From assembly GCA_024137785.1 (NCBI GenBank), contig JAHRHZ010000032.1, forward strand, positions 13,688,400-13,752,399: a stretch of 64,000 bases of DNA, written 5' to 3'. The position numbers and the translations under genes are program-made. This stretch comes from Ginglymostoma cirratum. Taxonomy: Eukaryota. This document shows, in pieces, positions 59,701-64,000 of the stretch; the stretch's first letter is position 1; each line of letters begins with the position of its first letter. A model generated the notes under the pieces. The model had not been told where the DNA came from and searched no databases. It saw only the letters and a list, made by a program, of their open reading frames with translations.

Positions 59701-61609
59701 GTTAGTAAGCATGGTGGATTGATGAAATTGGATCACAGTTCCTTGTAGGAGATTATTAGGCACATTGGGTTAACTTTTCTTGGGGTGATAATGGACCTGG
59801 TAGCAAGCCAGAAATCTGTAGCAATTTCACCATTGCCATTTCTGAGAACCCTGACTAGACAATGTATCCATCATGTAGCCAATGAGTTTTCATTGGGCTC
59901 CTGTCCCTTTGAGGGATGAGATCTCAGGGGCTGCCAGTCTTCCTAGACTCTGCTAGAAAAAGCAACATGGATATAGCCTCAAAGGAAGTAAGTGCATGCG
60001 GTTGCTGGGTCTAGCAAAGCAAGACTGAGCAAGGAGCTGCTGGTGGAGAGTTTGATGGGGGTGGAGGTGGGGGATTGTTGTCTTAGTTGTCTTGCCTTTG
60101 TCGCCAAGAGGTCCCTCTATGAACCACAGAGTTATGATCAGGAAGCCCTCACCTATTTCTTAAAAAAAGCCCGTAAAAAGGCCACAAGCTTTACTGGTTG
60201 GTCACCCACATTTTGAAGGACCCTTCCTGCCACTGGTAAGATGCAAACTGTGGCAGGAACCATTGGGCTTAGTTGGCCATTTAAAGGTCTCAATTAGCCT
60301 AGGGAAGGGAATCATCCCCTCCTTCCCCTCCACCAGTAAAATTCCACAGCATCAGGAAGATGATGGATACCTACCACCACCTGCTTTTGCCATTTTATTG
60401 CCACCCAACTCACAATCTGTAGCTAAGAGTTGCTTTAAATACTATGCTCCCAACCAATTTTAGTCCCTGGCCATTATCCCTACTCTGTGTCCCCTACAGC
60501 TCAACCAATTTCCCGAGTAATGTTTTCAATTCCATGGCCATTGGAAAATCCCTTGTACGCCAACTCTCCCTTCACACCGACATTGACAGTTGGGCTTTCA
60601 GGCATCTAGGCCCTACTTTCTGGTATTTCCTCCTTAAATCCCTCTGCCTCTCCACCTCTCACTTTTTTTGACACTCCTTCAAACAAACCTCTGTGCCTAA
60701 GGTTTTGATTGTCTCTCCTATCAAGCACTGCTTAAGCTTGGCATCCATATCTGTTCAATTACTCCTTTAAGAAGTGCTTTGAGACATTTTTCTGCATGTA
60801 ATGCATTCAATATGCACCCATTGATACTTCTAGTAGTGCAATATTTAATAGTGCCTTCTTAGTAATACTTACTTTTGCTGTTTTCAGGTTATTAGCTAGG
60901 TTAAACATTTGTGAACATTTGCTTATGTTTCCCTAACCTTTTGCTGTCAGAGCAGCTTCTAGCCAATCCTAATACTGTTTTCAGTTGCTGCCAATAACCA
61001 CCTAGCTACTGTTGAGTTGTCAAGGGAACAACATTAAAAAAAAACAAATAGCTGTTGTTGTGGGAATGTCAGAAAACAACCAGCTGTAGTGTTAATGCAA
61101 ATGCCTTTTTTTTGGGTATTTGCTTGCAATTAGAATGCACAAAAACGGTTCATCTTACTAACTGAAAAAAGCTAAAATGTAAACAGGAAATTGTTTATTA
61201 GTTTAAAAAAATGCTTGAGCGCTGATGGAGTGAAGTCAGGTGTGAAAAGCAGTGGGAAGAATGCCATTGGATGTACTTGCCAGTTGACTCCTTATGTGTG
61301 CTGAATAGAAATGTTTACTTTTGTGAGAAAAACAAATGAGCAGTGTTCCTGTAGAACATTCCTATATTGAGAAACTATTGAATAATCAGTAGCAAAGCAT
61401 TAAATGAAATGGTAGCAGAATAGATAGACAGATAGTTCGATAATTGAGTTACTGGAAAGTCATCATGACAGGAGGTGCTGAATTGTGATGACAATACAAA
61501 GCAAGGAATCATAATTCATAACATAGTTACAGGTAACCATTTAAAAAGAATCAAACAAAAGAATTTCACAATTATGGAAATCTAAGTCTACAAATAAATA
61601 GTGTCTGCT

Positions 61610-61862
61610 GAAAAAGTGTTAAAAAAGTACACAGTAGATCAGATAACATCTGTGGAGAGAGAAACTGAATTAACATGTTACATGAGTGATCTTTTATCAT
61701 AGAATGGCAAGTTGAACTATTGGACAACTGTAAGGTCAAAGGATGAAGATGAAGACATTGGCCATCACATTCCATTCTGAAAGATCATTGACCTGAAATG
61801 TAATACCTGTTTCCATTTTCTCAACTGCTGTCAGTCCTGCTTCATATTTCTAGCATATTTTG
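61610..61862. mobile_element. Old Penelope-derived fold-back element
   Basis: CATCTGTGGAGAGAGAAACTGAATTAACA arm and TTCTGAAAGATCATTGACCTGAAATGT...CTGCTGTCAGTCCTGC opposite arm. Confidence 0.5.
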
Positions 61863-62052
61863 GGAGCTTACAATGCTAATCATCAGAAAATATTTTGAGG
61901 GAGGCCCATAGTGTGCAGAGATATCCTGGCATGCATAGCTACTTCTTCAAATTGCTGTCAGATCTCTTGCCTACTCTAATGGGGAGTGAAATGTCAAATT
62001 TAAGTCTGCTTAGGGTAAGTAGAAATTCTTTGAGAGGGTACATTCAGCTGTT

Positions 62053-62268
62053 AACACAATGTGGAGCTAGAGGAACACAGCAGGCCAAGCAGCATCAGAG
62101 GAATAGGGAAGTTGATGTTTTGGGTCAGGACCCTTCAGAAATGGTGAAGAAGGGTCCCAACCCGAAATGACAACTTTTCTGCTCCGCTGATGCTGCCTGG
62201 CCTGCTGTGTTCCTCCAGGTCCACACTGTGTTATCTCTGACTCCAGTATCGGCAGTTCTTACTATCTC
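62053..62268. mobile_element. Penelope-derived fold-back mini-element with two divergent degenerate hammerhead cores
   Basis: Arms GTGGAGCTAGAGGAACACAGCAGGCCAAGCAGCATCAG / CTGATGCTGCCTGGCCTGCTGTGTTCCTCCAGGTCCAC; TSD-like TACATTCAGCTGTT (62039-62052) / TACATTCGGTTGTT (62269-62282). Confidence 0.85.
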
Positions 62269-62789
62269 TACATTCGGTTGTTGCTTTTTTGGGTGTGGCC
62301 ACCACTAAAATGAAAAAAAATGAACATTTATTAACATGTAAATGAGGAGTCAGGACGAGAATGTTCTTGTTGGCCCCACAGCACTTCTGCTGACTGCTGG
62401 CTGCAGTCATTTGCCAAACTACACAGTGTCCTCCCATACTCAGCCCTTAGCTGAGGCTGCAGGCTGTGAAGAAAATAGCCCAGCATTCAATCATCTTGAA
62501 GAGAGGGCAACTCATGGAGGGCATTGCTGGCTTACCATAAGATGGCAGCAGTGGAATGGTTGTGTTCATGCCTGGGTCCTGAGCCCGGGGCTCACTTTCT
62601 TTCATCTGCCTTTCTTTTAGCTTTTTGCTTTTGCTCTTCCTTTTTTTCAATTTTTGTTTCCTTTCTCGGTGGCATCAGTCCCTTTTCTGAAGTGTCGGGA
62701 GCAGTCCCCTTCCGGGAGTATTAGCAGTGGGCCCCTTCCTGGGGTGTTGGCTGTGGTGGGACTGGACCCCTTTCTGGAGTGTCAGCGGC

Positions 62790-64000
62790 AGCAGGAGCTG
62801 GAGAGGAATGTAATAAGTATAATAGGGAATAGGGAAATATCAGGCAGGCTATATGAATAGTTTGTGTCTGCCTTCTGGGGAAAATTATTAAAAATCTTCC
62901 CAGAAATAATGGAGAATTCAGGGAATAGTATATATGAGGGTAATATCTAAGATATTAAGATTAAGGAAAATATTACTGCTGTGATTAGAAAGGGTATTTC
63001 TAAGGGATTGTCCAGTAAAACTATATGGGTAGAAATTAGAAATAAGAAAGGGATGATCACATTGATGGGATTCTACAATAGGCCCCCATTAAAGAGAAAT
63101 TGAGGAGCAAATATGTAGCGAGATCTCAGATACATGTAAGAATAATATGGCTGTGACAGTCAGCATGGTTTTGTGTGTGGGAAATTGTGTCTCATTAACT
63201 TGATTGAGTTTTTTGAGACAGTAACCTCAACAGAAGAGCGGTAGATATTGTTTGTATGGACTTCAGTAAAGCCTTTGATAAGGTTCTGTATAGTAGACTA
63301 ATTAGTAAAGTTAGGTCACATGGAAATCGGGATGAGCTTGCCAGTCAGATACAAGACGGTAGGAGGGAGAGGGTGATGGTGGAGGTGTTTTTCTGACTGG
63401 TGACACGAGATCAGCAGTGTTTCACAGGGGATTGTTACTGCGTATACTTTTGTTTGTCATTTATATAAACGATTTGGATGAGAATATAGGACACAGGATC
63501 AGTAGATTTGTGGGTGACACCAAAATTGTTGGTATAGTGCATAGCGAATAAGGTTATCTAAGATTACAAAGAGATCTTGATCAATTGAGCCAATAGGCTA
63601 AGGAGTAATCCTTTGAAATTTGTGTTGCAGGAAGACACGATGGTTAAGAAAGCATTTAGCACACTTACTTTCATTGCTCAGACCTTTGAGTATAGGAGTT
63701 GGACATCATATTGAGCTTGTACAGGACATTGGTGAGGCCTCTTCTGGAGTGCAGTTCTAGTCGCCTTGCTATAGGATGGCTATTATTAAGTTGGAAAGGT
63801 TTAAAAAAGATTTAGCAGGATGTTACCAGGAATGGAGAGTTTGAGTTATAAAATTAGGCCCGATAGGCTGGGACCTTTCTTCACTGGAGCATGGGAGGTT
63901 GATGGGTGATCTTATAGAGGTTTAGAAAATCATGAGGGGCATAGATAAGGTGAATAGCAAAGGTCTTTACACTAGGGTGGGGGAATGCAAAACTAGGGGG
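62790..64000 (+). mobile_element. CR1 LINE ORF2 remnant with large internal deletions, running off the window
   Basis: IWVEIRNKKG..LMGFYNRPP joined directly to QHGFVCGKLCLINLIEFFE, MDFSKAFDKV, FVGDTKI. Confidence 0.85.

Noticed and set aside
59780-60440. Possible Harbinger-derived MITE (similar stretches at 21060-21480 and 56400-57000)
   Set aside because: Too decayed; I could not define TIRs or TSDs by eye, so no feature is called.
1-64000. CRISPR array or prokaryotic operon/defence system
   Set aside because: The sequence is vertebrate; repeats are dispersed retroelement copies with no repeat-spacer periodicity or operon-like ORF density.

Overview
Repeat-dense, largely non-coding eukaryotic DNA from a cartilaginous fish, most likely a shark (inferred from HE1-type V-SINEs, SacSINE1-like DeuSINEs, CR1/L2 LINEs and Penelope-like elements). 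Almost all ORFs in the supplied track are transposon fragments or noise. The only credible host gene is a putative 3-exon + strand gene (47458-47539, 49127-49471, 51119-51153). It would encode a ~153-aa secreted single Ig V-set domain protein that lacks the canonical B-F disulfide but carries extra cysteines and a short Cys-containing tail. Other highlights: (i) a head-to-tail 5S rRNA / tRNA-Leu / HE1 SINE composite at one site in a CR1 3' end (226-747); (ii) about 12 Penelope-derived insertions with minimal hammerhead-ribozyme cores, including 110-215 bp solo or fold-back mini-elements with 14-15 bp target-site duplications; (iii) a Gmr1-type gypsy remnant with integrase before RT; (iv) a decayed coiled-coil coding region; (v) a candidate NF-kB/AP-1 enhancer and tandem CTCF motifs. 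Two 400-N gaps both lie in young Penelope copies. Family names come from recalled motifs, not database searches, and boundaries of old repeats are approximate.
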